From assembly GCA_051294905.1 (NCBI GenBank), contig CM119372.1, positions 39,372,001 through 39,436,000 on the forward strand: DNA of 64,000 nucleotides. Reading direction: 5' to 3'. Shown piece by piece: positions 36,474 through 48,900 of this stretch (position 1 is its first letter; each line of letters begins with the position of its first letter). The notes under the pieces were generated by a model, which saw only the letters and a list, made by a program, of their open reading frames with translations, did no database searches and was not told the DNA's origin. Source of the DNA: Botryllus schlosseri (taxonomy: Eukaryota). Made by a program: the position numbers and the translations under genes.

Positions 36474-39400
36474 AGTAGTATATAGGATCGCTCGTGACCT
36501 GGCTGGGGTTCTTATGGGCGGGGTGGCGATTCGCCTGGAAACCCGGGGTGGCGATTCGTCTTTTTTGCTATAGGCTGCGGCCGCGATTCGCCATGTGTTC
36601 TTATGGGTGCGGTCGTGATTCGCCTTTTTTGCTATAGGCGGTGGCGGTGATTCGCCTGAAAACCCGGGGTGGCGATTCGCCTTTTTTGCTATAGGCTGCG
36701 GCCGCGATTCGGCATGTGTTCTTATGGGTGCGGTCGTGATTCGTACTTTCAGGCATCTCTCGCGCGGTGTTGAATAGTCACCAACAATAACCGCACAAAC
36801 GGAAACGTGGCTTGTTGTGAGGATTTACGCAGTGCGTGCGACAGACGGCGATTCGAATATCAACAATAGTCGCGTTCGCAAACTACCACTTCAAAAAGAT
36901 GTGAAATATTTGTAAAATCCTACGATCGCTCACAAGATACCACTTCCGGCATATCGATCCATCACTCAATACACAACCGAAGTTGAATTGTAATTGAATG
37001 CGTAAATTTATCACCTCGACATCAAAATTCGAAAACAACAACTTGACGCTTTATGTTCTCACTCTAATTTCATGATAAGTGTAATAAGTGCCGAATAACA
37101 GATACATCACCGGCGAGTCTTGAATACCAACAAATTGTCACTTATTTCTATTTTAGCCGTAATCCTTTGTGAAGTTAACGCTTATTCAAAAAGGTGTGAA
37201 ATAGTTTGCAAAACCCCGCGATCACTGACAAGATAATGTCTCGGACATACCCATCTTTCACGACTTGGTGTCATAGCCATACCGATCGCTCACGCGGTGA
37301 AATTTTAGTAATCAGTTTGTCACAGAACTAGATTTCACTGGTAAGATTTAATAAATACCGACTATCAGAACCATCAGTGTGGGTAACTTGAATAGCAACA
37401 AATTGTCACTTATTTCCGACGGGAAATTCACTAAACCGCAGTACATTGTGTGATTTTGAAAAACAGATGTTTGCGCTTGCGTTTTGATATGTGCGACCCA
37501 CTAACTACATCCGTTTTGCGAACACGGCTTGTTGTGAGGATTACGCGCGCGCCCTATATTTCGAATGACCTGCGCGCTGAATTTTTTCCTGTGCAGCTGT
37601 TTCGTGCTACAGTATACTGGACTATCGTATCGATTATTACACTAATCCAGTCAGTGCGAAATAGTTTGCTAAATCTAGTAATCAGTCGCAAGGTGTTACT
37701 TAAGTAATTAGTTTACCATAGAACCGGCGTAGCCGGTGATTCGAATACCGACAAATTTTCACTTATTTCTGACCCAACCCTAATCCTCTGTGAAGTTGAC
37801 GCTTATTCAAAAAGGTGTGAAATAATTGTAAAATCCTAATCCGAAACCGATTATTTTGACTTTGGCGTAGTGTGCATTGAAATAGGATTGATAAACATGA
37901 CTAGCAACTTCCCCACAGTCCCGTTTCGATATTATACACACATTGATTTGAAACAAGTAATGTAACATTACAACTCTATTCCCGATCCAGCTTTCCGTTT
38001 GTCAAAGAGACATTTTAACATCTTACCATACTCAAAAGAATTATTCACAACATTAACAAGTGTTTAAAATCTAGTTTTCACTTACTTGGCTATATCAGTA
38101 CAACTCGCAAACTTGAATTAATTCATCTGGTTGTATTCATAGGACCGATAATTTTTATCCAACTGTAAAGGTCGTTATACTATTCTGTAAGACAGAGTAT
38201 TTACTAATCGGTGCATATACGATTTGACTTGGGCATATTATATTTTGAGTATACGAGATTTGAGTGTCAGAACAATAACTGAGAAATAAATTATCACAAT
38301 TGAATCCATATACGACAGCGTGAATTAAATTATCACAATTGAATCCATATACGACAGCGTAAAAGATATTGGGATGTCAGCATCTCTTTACGGTTATAGT
38401 TACAACCACATTACCTAATTTACCCGACCAACTCGTCATGATCATTCCCGAAATCAACACAAACATGACTACTGACTTGAGTCAACCACAAAACAGCATC
38501 AAGTTTTAAATCCACTTGTAGCTTACGGCTTATTTGAATGCGGGTTATGTTTTGTTGTAATTGAGTGTACGGAAATAGTATTACGTCTCGACATCTCACC
38601 ATCTTACCATACTCAAAGAGTCAACCACGAAAACATTGTCAAGTAAATCCGTTTGTAACTTACCCAACCAACTCAAACAGTATCAGTATGGAAAACAGCC
38701 AAACATACACGAATCCATACAATCACTAAAACCTAAAATCCATAACAAGCTTGGTTGTATTCATATCCCTACACATCTTTTTTTATTCAGCTTGAAAAGT
38801 CGTTACTATTCTGTAAGATAGAGGAATTACTACGCGGTATATTCTGCAAGACAAACTAATTACTACTCGGTATATTTTGTAAGACAAAAGTAATTACTTC
38901 TCAGTGTCGGCGACTTGAGATTAACATAATATGCTTGAGTATACGAGATTTGAAAGTCCGACCAACGTAGTTGAGAATTCATTTCTTACAATCGAACAAT
39001 GGTGTTATATTCAAAGTTATCATGCTGTGAACATAAGATTGACACATTGATTTGACATATGAGATTTGTAATAGTTGATCATTACTTTATTATTAAATTA
39101 TTTGCGTTAATTAGACCCGGCGTTGTGGTAAATGTTATGACAGCAACAAACTTTTCAGTATCAATGTTATTAACATATTAAGCTGTAAAACTATGTATGT
39201 CTGAAATGTTCTTGATAGGAAAATTACTCCACCTTGGTAAAAATCACTCTGCGTATTGCGGATATCAGAAAATATTTCCAGTACCTAAGACTAAAGATGA
39301 AACGACAATTTCGTTTGCTGATTAACAACCGGTACAATACTTTATCATCATAATCCGCGGTGAGAATTGAAACACTTTCGCGCATTACTCGGTGTCAAGA

Positions 39401-39652
39401 TATCACACTAGGTGAATTGACATACACTGTAAAAAAAAACATGGGTTTTTGTCATGGAAATGACATGACTTGCTCTGAGTCATGTTAATTCCATGAAAAC
39501 ACCGACATGACTTTAAAATCTCATGTTGACATGACAAAAACTTCCATGTTAGACATGATAAAGGCATCCATGTCCATGGTTATCAAGTAAGAGTATCACG
39601 TTGAGCTTCAGTGATATCATCATAATTATCATCATCATCGTCACTGAGAGAA

Positions 39653-39938
39653 AGGGAGAGAGAGAGAGAGAGAGAGGAGGGGGGAGGGAGTGAGAGAGAG
39701 GAGGGGGAGGGAGAGAGAGAGAGAGAGGAGGGAGAGGAGAGAGAGGAGGAGGGAGATATATAGAATAGAGCAGAAAGAAGAGAGGCGGAGAAAGAAGGGA
39801 AAGAGAGCATAGAGAAAGGAGAGAGATAGAGAGGGGGAGGGGGAGGGGAGGAGAGAGAGAGGGGGGAGATATAGAGAATAGAGCAGAAAGAAGAGAGGGG
39901 GAGAAAGAAGGGAAAGGGAGCATAGAGAAAGGAGAGCA

Positions 39939-39969
<31 letters not shown>

Positions 39970-40006
39970 GTAGAGAGAGGGGAGGAGAGAGATAGGGGGG
40001 AGAGAT
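39653..40006 (+). repeat. Polypurine (GA-rich) low-complexity tract with internal duplication
   Basis: Almost pure A/G; segment agaatagagcagaaagaagaga...gagcatagagaaaggaga occurs twice. Confidence 0.92.
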
Positions 40007-40850
40007 ATCAGACTTATTCTCGTTTGCACCATTGAGATGCTTTGACGATTGAGATGCGATAACCATGCTATCCCTGAATGCTGAACGTTGAGCCGGATAG
40101 CCACGGATACCAGTTTTTAGTCTTCGGTCTGACATGGCCGAGAATTGTTCATATGACCTACCGATCAAGAAGCAGGACGCTTTACCATTTCACTATATCG
40201 CTATTACAGCTGAGTGACAAGTAAATATCGTTACATCCTCACAGGATATATTGCAACACACAAATAGCTACATCATCGCACTATAGAGTATGACTCTATA
40301 ATCGCACGCAAACATAGGCGTTCGGTTACGGAGCCATAATGACTCCGGACTATCTGGTTACAAGACCAGTCATGCGTACGGTGTAGCGTTCGATTCAAAA
40401 GGATTGGCATAAAGAGTAAGTTTGATAGAGTTGGTCATTTCATGGGTTGGCTTAGTCAAAGTTGCAAAGTTTATTGCTTGTTGCCGTATTAAGCCGTGGA
40501 TTGGATGGTAAGTATTGATATATTTATTGTGCCTGCCTTCGTTGTAATATATCCGCCGAATCTGCAATGCGTCACTGGGTATAGTCGAACCTTTAGCAAC
40601 TTAGCCGTATTCAATCAGATACCGGTATATAGCGGTATATACTGCCGAGCGGCTGCACATAGTGATCAAAGTTTACTGCGTATCCATTTGTATGTAGTTG
40701 TAGATCATATGGAAGTTGGTAATGCGTTAGTAGTTCGAGACGTTACACAAGCTCCCTTGCTTTTATTTTGTACCGTACTGGGCAATGTTCAAGTGAAGTA
40801 TTTATCCAACTGGAGGAATATTCATCCTGAGGTGATTGAAAAAATTTGAG

Positions 40851-40935
40851 CTTTAAAAAATATGGGATGTCATGCTATACTCGATCCTTTGATTCAAGAT
40901 TTGAAAACCCTAGAAACACAAGGAACTGATGTAAA
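40851..40935 (+). pseudogene. EnSpm/CACTA transposase fragment
   Basis: KYG/CHAILDPLIQDLKTLETQG (frameshifted) matches remembered animal EnSpm motif KYGxxxILxPLIxDLxxLExxG. Confidence 0.6.
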
Positions 40936-42031
40936 TTTGTATTTTACAGATATACATACTGCAGTTGTTAGTAATATTACTCCTGAGTTATTTGTCACAT
41001 TGAAAATGAGGCTGCCGGAGATCATGAACAAGTGATTACAGTGGATCACAGATCTGAGATAGCTGAAACTGTGAGAACTGTATTTCGGAGTAATGTCGGG
41101 GACAGTATATTCAACTTCTATATTCCGACGAGGCATTTGCCTCGAATGATCTCTCGGCAATTCAAGATAAAGGACTAATCTTGACAGACGATGAAAGTGA
41201 GTAATTATTACCCCAAATAAATTGGTAGGCTACTATACTAGGATTACACTCTGAACGCATATTGGAATAGTTGTTTCGGGGTTCCGAAGGAAACTTATTC
41301 CAAATATGACCTTGGTTTTTTCAAATTGTCTCTGGTTTTGGTGATGTCCCATGGGGTTATTTTGACAAACGTCACATTTTCACTGTATGGTCCAGATAAA
41401 AAAAGAAATTAGATCTACTTGTTATACTGAACACTGTATTAAATCAAAATGCAGTAAAATAATTATATTAATGGTAATTGGATTTATCATAATTGGAGTT
41501 TTTTATAGATTATTTCTTGAGAGGCCACAGCCACATCATATTTAGAGTGGTGCCCCTTTAATTTCAACCTTGCAATCCATTTCTTACAAGCACGTTGCTA
41601 TTTTTTGCGCTGAAGAGATATTTACATGGCTAAGCCAAGTATTATCGCGACTCTTCTATACTTGTGCAGAGAAAGCTGTTTGCAAAGTCAACACATCTAC
41701 CCTTCCGAAGACGAACGTAGCGTCGACGAGCATCAAAAGGGAATAAGTCAGAGAGGGTGCCAGATGAAGAGATGCTGCAAGATAGAATGAGAAGAACTTT
41801 TAAATCACGCCGCGACAGTGTCGTAAATGGAATTGAAGATATACCCAGTTTTTACCCATGCTCCCTTGGTAGGTACAGCCTAACGCAGTGGTTTCAAACA
41901 CGACACTGCCATGATCGAGTCAACCCGCTACTTTGCAACAAACCCACAAAGAGTTCGTTTTTCAGAGTGCTATGATAGTACAAAACAAACTACATATATA
42001 TATTGCTGAAATAATTTACGATAGTTGTGAA

Positions 42032-42203
42032 CAATGTTCCCTCTAATTTTTGACGAGTCTGCACAGACCCTTGGACAACAGTGCGTAACGACTAGAAAAA
42101 GGTCATTACTGCGGATTTTTTGTGCGCAACTTAGATATTCTGTGCGCAGAGACCGTGTCAACACTGCGCATTTGCGCACGTTAGCAGCTTAGAGGGAACA
42201 TTG
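42032..42203. mobile_element. Short hAT MITE (family of 14042-14235)
   Basis: TIR caatgttccctctaa / ttagagggaacattg; TSD gttgtgaa / gttgtgac. Confidence 0.88.
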
Positions 42204-42710
42204 GTTGTGACATATCCTCCACCACAAGCCCGACTTGTGCTAAATTGAGACTACTGATAGTACTAAAGGCTCCTGCAGACGAACTTGATTAATTAGCTAT
42301 GATGTAAATCTGTCACAATGTTCAGATTTTGGAAGAAGGGAAAATATGTTGCCTGAATCAAGCCTGCTTGGATGTTGACTTGACCTCGAAGATTTTGGAA
42401 AAGACTTGGAGCTCTGCACTCAGTCTCCTGCAACCGCAAGAAATTCTGATAGAAATACAAAAAGTTATGGGTAAGTAAGAGACTTTTGAAAATTTAGTTA
42501 GTTGGCGGTCAATATCTGTCGAGTATAGTTCTAGTTGCGGATTGTGAAAAATGATTAGTTCAAATTTTAGTTGCGGGTTTCGGGAACTGAGTAATTCTTG
42601 TTTCAGCTTCGCAGTTGTGTAGGTGTTCAATAACTGAAAAACACATGTCATCGCGAGGGTGGGTTAAAATCGAATAGCCTACCTGAGTGATTCCACAGAT
42701 TTAGTTAGAT

Positions 42711-43837
42711 CAGGGGTGGGCAATTATTTTTCGCTGCAGGCCACTTCAGTAATAGAAAATAAGTTGGAGTACCGACTGCCGAGCCTACATATTTAGCTAT
42801 ATTCTCCAGTGTATTGATTTAATTTATAAATGGAAAGCAGTGAATTACATTGTTAATAAATACGTCTCCGTGGATGTGTTGATATTAGATAGCCTATTGA
42901 GAAAAGTACGGTTAATTAACGAAATGAAAATTTATATTTATTTTCCCTCGTGATTCAAGATAATGTTAAACATGATACATTTTGAATTCTCTGTAATCCA
43001 GGCTTTTATATCAAGACATTAAAAGGAAGGCTATATCCTAACAGTTGCAACTTGATGAAATTGACATATATATATCGGTTTCGGCCGACATGTGGCGGTA
43101 CTTTTGGTCAAGGTTTCCTCGCCGTTGAGCTTTTTTGCAGCACACTTCGCACAGTCAATTGTTAGCCGAAACGTCATTGTCAACGTCGTGGTGTGTCCTG
43201 ACGCGCTAACGGCCGACGCCGAAATGCTGATCTCTCTAAATGAGCTGTTTTTGCGGGTAGAGTGGTACCCATATTATTATCAAAACATCTTTGTTTGAAT
43301 TTGAATGAAGTTTCATAAATTATAGGATTTATGTCCATTTACGAAGTAATTTTTGATGCTTCGAGGTCGGGCCCTCTCCATTTGAGGGGTCTGGGATGCG
43401 GCAGTTGCGGCCCTGTGTTTAGTGCTCCATACCTTCTTTGCATTTCAGCTTTCGACATTCTTTTTATGATATGCCCATTCACCCTTTATGTATGATGAGG
43501 TCTCCGTCAACACGCGCACTGATAATGGTAACAAAGAAGGTCTGAACCAAACTATATGGAAGGAGTAACTTATTGTGACTAATTGTTACGACTTTGCTAC
43601 ATTGACTTGATTTTAAATCTGGATTACGCATACAAGCTTGGGAGGGACGTAGGCTATGTAATCGCGATATATTATTGAGCAGGTTTCAAAGTAAATCAAT
43701 TTCCGTTCCAGCTCAGTTCATCCAGCTTATGGTTTTATTCCACGCAGCAATATTCAAAAGTACGTTTTATGTTTTTAATTTTAAATAATGGCCACGCGTG
43801 CTTCTCAAAATAGCGGGGCTCACTTTGCCCATGGCTG
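42711..43837. mobile_element. hAT (Charlie-like) non-autonomous element
   Basis: caggggtgggcaa / ttgcccatggctg; TSD agttagat / agttcgat. Confidence 0.75.
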
Positions 43838-44303
43838 AGTTCGATGTATTATAGTTCGTTAGTTGCGGATTCATAAAAGTCATTGATTACTTGGTAGGAT
43901 ATTATAGAAATAGGGTATTTCAAGTTGCCGATTTTAAAAACTGTCTGGTTCCTAAGGCAATGGTAAAATTTGCATATTTTTTGCCACGCTCATATTTGCA
44001 GTTCACATTACACTAACATTAACTGCATTCATTTATTGTAACTGCATTTATTTAATTTTTAAAACGTTTTTTTTTCTCGAGTGTTTCACTTGAGCTGATC
44101 TCTCACTTCTCATTCAGGTAATCAGAAATTGGACTGGGTGGCCGGCATCCCCACCATTTTCAATGAACGCTTCGGCAGCTTCCTGATTGTGGATAAGGTG
44201 AGTTGTTGATAATGGCCAAAACGGGTTTGCTCAATAATACTACAAGACAATACTACAATAATAATAAAAACAGTTGGTTCGTGGTACAGAACTTGAAGAT
44301 AGC

Positions 44304-45226
44304 TTTCAATACAACATCCATTGTAGTAAAATATTTATTCAACTCGAAGACTTTTCGGGTGCCTCTTTTCAAGAGTTAACGGCACACTGAAGGGATTTAA
44401 ACAGAATGAAAAGCAAAACCAGAAAGCCCAAGTATGATGCAACAATCAGAAATTACATACCATGAAGTCTGCAATGTAACAATGGCAACAATAACAAACT
44501 TGAAGTGTACGGTACTAGAAACATATCAATTTGAAACTAAACAATAACAAACACGAATTAGAACGCGCGAATGGGAAATTTGTAAGTTATACAGAAAATC
44601 TTTTTGTTTACATAAAATAGGCTTGGTCAATTGGATGATTGTTCATTCTAGGGCTTTCAAATGAAACAAGGATCTGCCTCGCGCAATGACAGTAAACATT
44701 TGGCCATTATAATTTTGAGCACAAGAAGGGTTCTCACTTAAATGTTGGCCGAAGCGTATGCTTGGTAATCGTCGTAACAGTCGGTTTTGGCGGCTGATTT
44801 ACATTGTCGTGCGAACTCCGTACGGTCATTTGCGCAAGTTTTTGAGCGAATCAGATCCTTGTTTCATTTGAAAGCCCTAGAATCAATAATCATCCAATTG
44901 ACCAAGTCTATATTATGTAGACAAAAAGATTTTCTGTATAACTTATAAATTTCCCATTATAATGCGTTCTAATTCGTGTTTGTTATTGTTTAGTTTCAAA
45001 TTGATATGTTACTAGTACCGTACACTTCAAGTTTGTTATTGTTGCCATTGTTACATTGCGGACTTCATGGTATGTAATTCTGATTGTTGCGTCATACTTC
45101 GCCTTTCTGGTTTTGCTTTTCATTCTGCTTAAATCCCTTCAGTGTGCCGTTAACTCTTGAAAAGAGGCACCCGAAAAGTCTTCGAGTTGAATAAATATTT
45201 TACTATCAATGGATGTTGTATTGAAA
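44304..45226. mobile_element. Penelope-like 3' end as an inverted duplication (arms 44304-44676 and 44852-45226)
   Basis: Minus strand reads FGQHLSENPSCAQNYNGQMFTVIARGRSLFHLKALE*TIIQLTKPILCKQKDF (Penelope endonuclease C-terminus); each arm has a hammerhead-like motif. Confidence 0.8.
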
Positions 45227-48200
45227 ACAATAATAATAATAATACTCAATTCAGATTCAAGTGCTCGAATCATTATGCCCAGCCCTACAAACAATGTGAG
45301 TTTAGTGTGCGCCATTGCCTCGCGGGAAAACCAGTCAAAAGCCACTGATATTGTTAGTTGTGATTTAGTTCGTAAGCTCCTGATTTTAAAAGGTTGCTAG
45401 TACTAGTTCTAGTATCGAATTTTAAAAAGTTCTAGGTATAGTTGTAAGTTATAGTTATATTTGTGGATTTTGAAAATTGAGTAATTTTAATTACAATTCT
45501 AGTTTTGAATTTCATAAGATGATTGATTAGTCCTAGTTTTAGTTTTACTTGCGGATTTAAAAAAGCGAGTAGTTCTGTTTTCGGAATTCCCAGAAAAGAC
45601 ACAAACAACCTTTGGCTGGGTCACAATCACCAAAGTTGAACTCCGTCACCAAAATACAACTTTCCAAATCCTGGATTTACTGCACATCCGTGCATTAATC
45701 CATCCATTTATTAATAATTGGATAATCGTAGGCCGTAGCATCAAATAGTATAGTGGTGCAGAGGTAAAGGAATGGAAGACTGTGCATGTGTGCATACTTA
45801 ATATTGTCAAGTTAAAAGTAGATTTTGTACATACCGAGACAATTCATAGACAAGGTCAATGTAATGAGGTGCTAATAGATTTTTGTCATCTTAACTGGCT
45901 GTGATTGATACAACTTTAAACCACCTTGGAAACTATTCATCTGTATTCTATCAACCCGTGTGCCTTGAATAGTGCATGGATGGTAATGACATTTATATTC
46001 ATTATAGGATCCGAAGAATGTCTACCCGACGATGAAGTTCGATACTCTTCAGAAAAAGTGGACAATCCATTTCGTTGGGGAATCTGTCGATGGAATAATG
46101 AGTTTCCATCATACATTGGCGACATATTGCGTTTCAACATCAAGTTTGCGCCAGCGTCAGCGAGTTCATTGAACTTTTCGCAGATTTTCTTGCATACATT
46201 CCAGATGTCAAATACAGATAAATACATCGAACCACAGGGTATGTGTACATTAGTAGAGGTGAAAGGTCAATTTGAGGCAATATTAGGACATGGGTAGGAA
46301 CATGGATGTCAACAGGTCTACATGGATGTTAACAAGTTATCATGGGCCTTTTCCATGTCAACATGACTCAGGTGGGACCAGGTCTAGACTATGGGTACAC
46401 CCATGATTATTTTTTACAGTGTACCGCCGCTTGAATAATACCTAATCCGTTCGCACCATTTCACATACTTTGATCATTACAAAAGTAAATTGTGATATGT
46501 TTGTTAGATGCATTCAATTCAACTAGAAGTGTCTGGTACACAACAATCGTAATATCGAAAAAGTACTTGCCACACTGTTATTTGCTAAACGTGTTTTGCA
46601 TTGTTGTTCATTTGTAGTATTGATTGTTTTTGAACCCCCAAATAATAATTCCCGACATGAAACCAAGCCGCTGAAAGTCGTTACCATCACGAAGATACAA
46701 TGTGCACGATGTTTGTCAAATGTGTCCTACCTGGCCAACAGAAAACAATTTTCACTCACTCGAAATGAAACCAATGTGATGGTCTCCATTCGATATTTTG
46801 TTTGTGTCAAATACTTTGCAATGAACACATTTGCGTGGTTGAGCTTTGCCATCATCAAGCTGTCATTTGTATCGTTTAATTAACCGACATTTAGCGATTG
46901 GTGAACATACCGAACGATACACAGTCACTTCGAAATACTCCGTTGATCGTAATTTCCATCATCATAATAATCGAAGTACAATTGTTTCGAATCGCTAGAG
47001 TGGTTGAGCTTTACATCATCAGACTGCCATCTGTACATCAAAAATACATCCGACTTGTAACTGGGTCGTTTACCTAACCGAGTTGTATGCACAGTTTGAT
47101 ATTTAGCGATTGCAGAACATACCATTTCGAAATACTGCGTTGATCTCAATTCCTTTGTCGTGATAATCGAAGTATATTTGTCTCGATTTCATAAAAACCA
47201 ACTTTTCTATGACATGATAAATTTTTGAAAAGTTATACTTAGAAGGTTGGTGCATATCGCGAAAAATAATATACCACCCATATTGATATTGCTACTCCAT
47301 TGATCGGTATTTTCACGCGAGTCGATTTGCAAATGAGTAAAATTTATTACATGAGTTTCTCCGCTTAATGTAAATGAAAACTCAGTCGTCTTTTAACATC
47401 ACAAAGACATTGATAAAAAGTAAGCAATCAAACACAACACTTTGTACGACACTAATTATTGTTCCACACATCTCATTTCATACTAAGTGTATACGAAAGA
47501 TATTCATGATGCACGAAAATATTCGCTCATGCTACAAACCTGTACAATGATTGGTGGTGTAAGGCCAGCACAATTGTGGTATCCATCCGAGTTTAGTTAA
47601 CACAAATTTATTACAACAGAGCCACGTAAACTTTCGTGAAAGAAAAGCATACTCACTTTCAGAGGGTTATGTCAATGCCATAGCAGTAAATCAAAAATAT
47701 TCCTAACCCTTTGCACACCGGTGACAAATCATACAACAAACATTTTTTGTGAGTCGAATTGTTGTTCAGTGTCAAGTCTACCTGTTGAAAAGTGCATTAA
47801 AACAACACAGTCACAATTCAATTAAAACCACGAATCTATTTTCATTTCGTCACATACAGAAAAATAAATTTTCTTTCCCCAACACATACTTGTAACCAAT
47901 CGCTTTCATTAAACACACAACTCCATAAAAGTATTTACTTTCTACAACATAGACATTCCGATGTAGTCAAGAAATATTAAAACGGACACGACACGACTAA
48001 ATGTAAGGGGATAGAAGTCTATCGCATCGATTTACATGTGGTCTTCGCTACGGTTTCAAAAAACGAATCATCTATTTTGCATTGGTCGAGACCGAGCGAG
48101 CCAGTTACATGTATTCGCGGTAATGATTTTTCTTGTCATATGCGAATGATAGGTTTGCTACTCCGACAAATCAAATCAACAAACAACAACAATCTTCTGA

Positions 48201-48379
48201 CGATCATAATAGCAATTTCATTTGCCACCCCTTCGTAATTGTACACGCACGAAAAGTATATTGTACAACTCGGCAACTACGTTTAACAAGACCAATCACA
48301 CTACCAGCGTTGAACACAAGATACCTACCCAAGTCAAAAATATCATACGGGTTTGGACAACTGACGTTTACCTGTGTAA

Positions 48380-48900
48380 AATTATCATTTTCACTTGGCG
48401 ATCTATCCTTTCCTAGAGTAACAAACCCTTGTCGTTTACAAATCTATTTTTTTCCTACAGCAAAAAACTATTTTCACTTGGAAAAATACTTTTACCTAGA
48501 GTAACTAATCATTTTCTTTTAAAAATATATTTTCTCTCTGGGTAACAAACCCTTTTCGTTTGGAAAACTATCATTTACCTGAGTACCAATACCGTTTTCA
48601 CTTGGCAGTCCGTCGTTTACCTGGCTAAACATATCATTTTCACTTGGAAATCTATTTTTTCCCAGAGTAAGAAACCTTTTTCACTTTGAAATCTATTTTT
48701 TCCCTGGGTAACAAACCTTTTTCGCTTGGAAATATATTTTTCCCTGGGTTACAAACCTTTTTCACTTGGTGGTCCGTCGTTTACCTGAGTAAAAATATCA
48801 TTTTCCTTTGGGGGATCTGGCGTTTACCCAGTGTAACAATACATTTTCTCTTGGTCATCTAGCTTTTCCTAGAGTAACAAAACCATTTTCATTTTGAAAT
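48380..48900 (+). repeat. About 40-bp degenerate tandem repeat in the left arm (mirror at about 56250-56600)
   Basis: Units ttttcacttggaaatctattttttccctgggtaacaaacc; copy number differs between arms. Confidence 0.85.

Larger units (their letters stand above)
41670..46200 (+). pseudogene. Decayed spliced accessory gene (SAMD3-like ORF2) of the CACTA element
   Basis: Exon-like pieces PDEEMLQDRMRRTFKSRR...IEDIPSFYP (41760-41860), WVAGIPTIFNERF (44119-44197, AG/GT bounded), LATY/FNIKFAPASASSLNFSQIFL (46115-46195). Confidence 0.5.
39425..46421 (+). mobile_element. CACTA/EnSpm (CMC) element, internally deleted, inserted in the left arm
   Basis: TIR cactgtaaaaaa / ttttttacagtg; 2-bp TSD ta, single ta at empty site 58402-58403; CATG-rich subterminal repeats; coding remnants inside. 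Confidence 0.88.

Noticed and set aside
39549..40168. Leu/Ser/Pro-rich 124-175 aa ORFs
   Set aside because: Artefacts of the GA/TC low-complexity tract.
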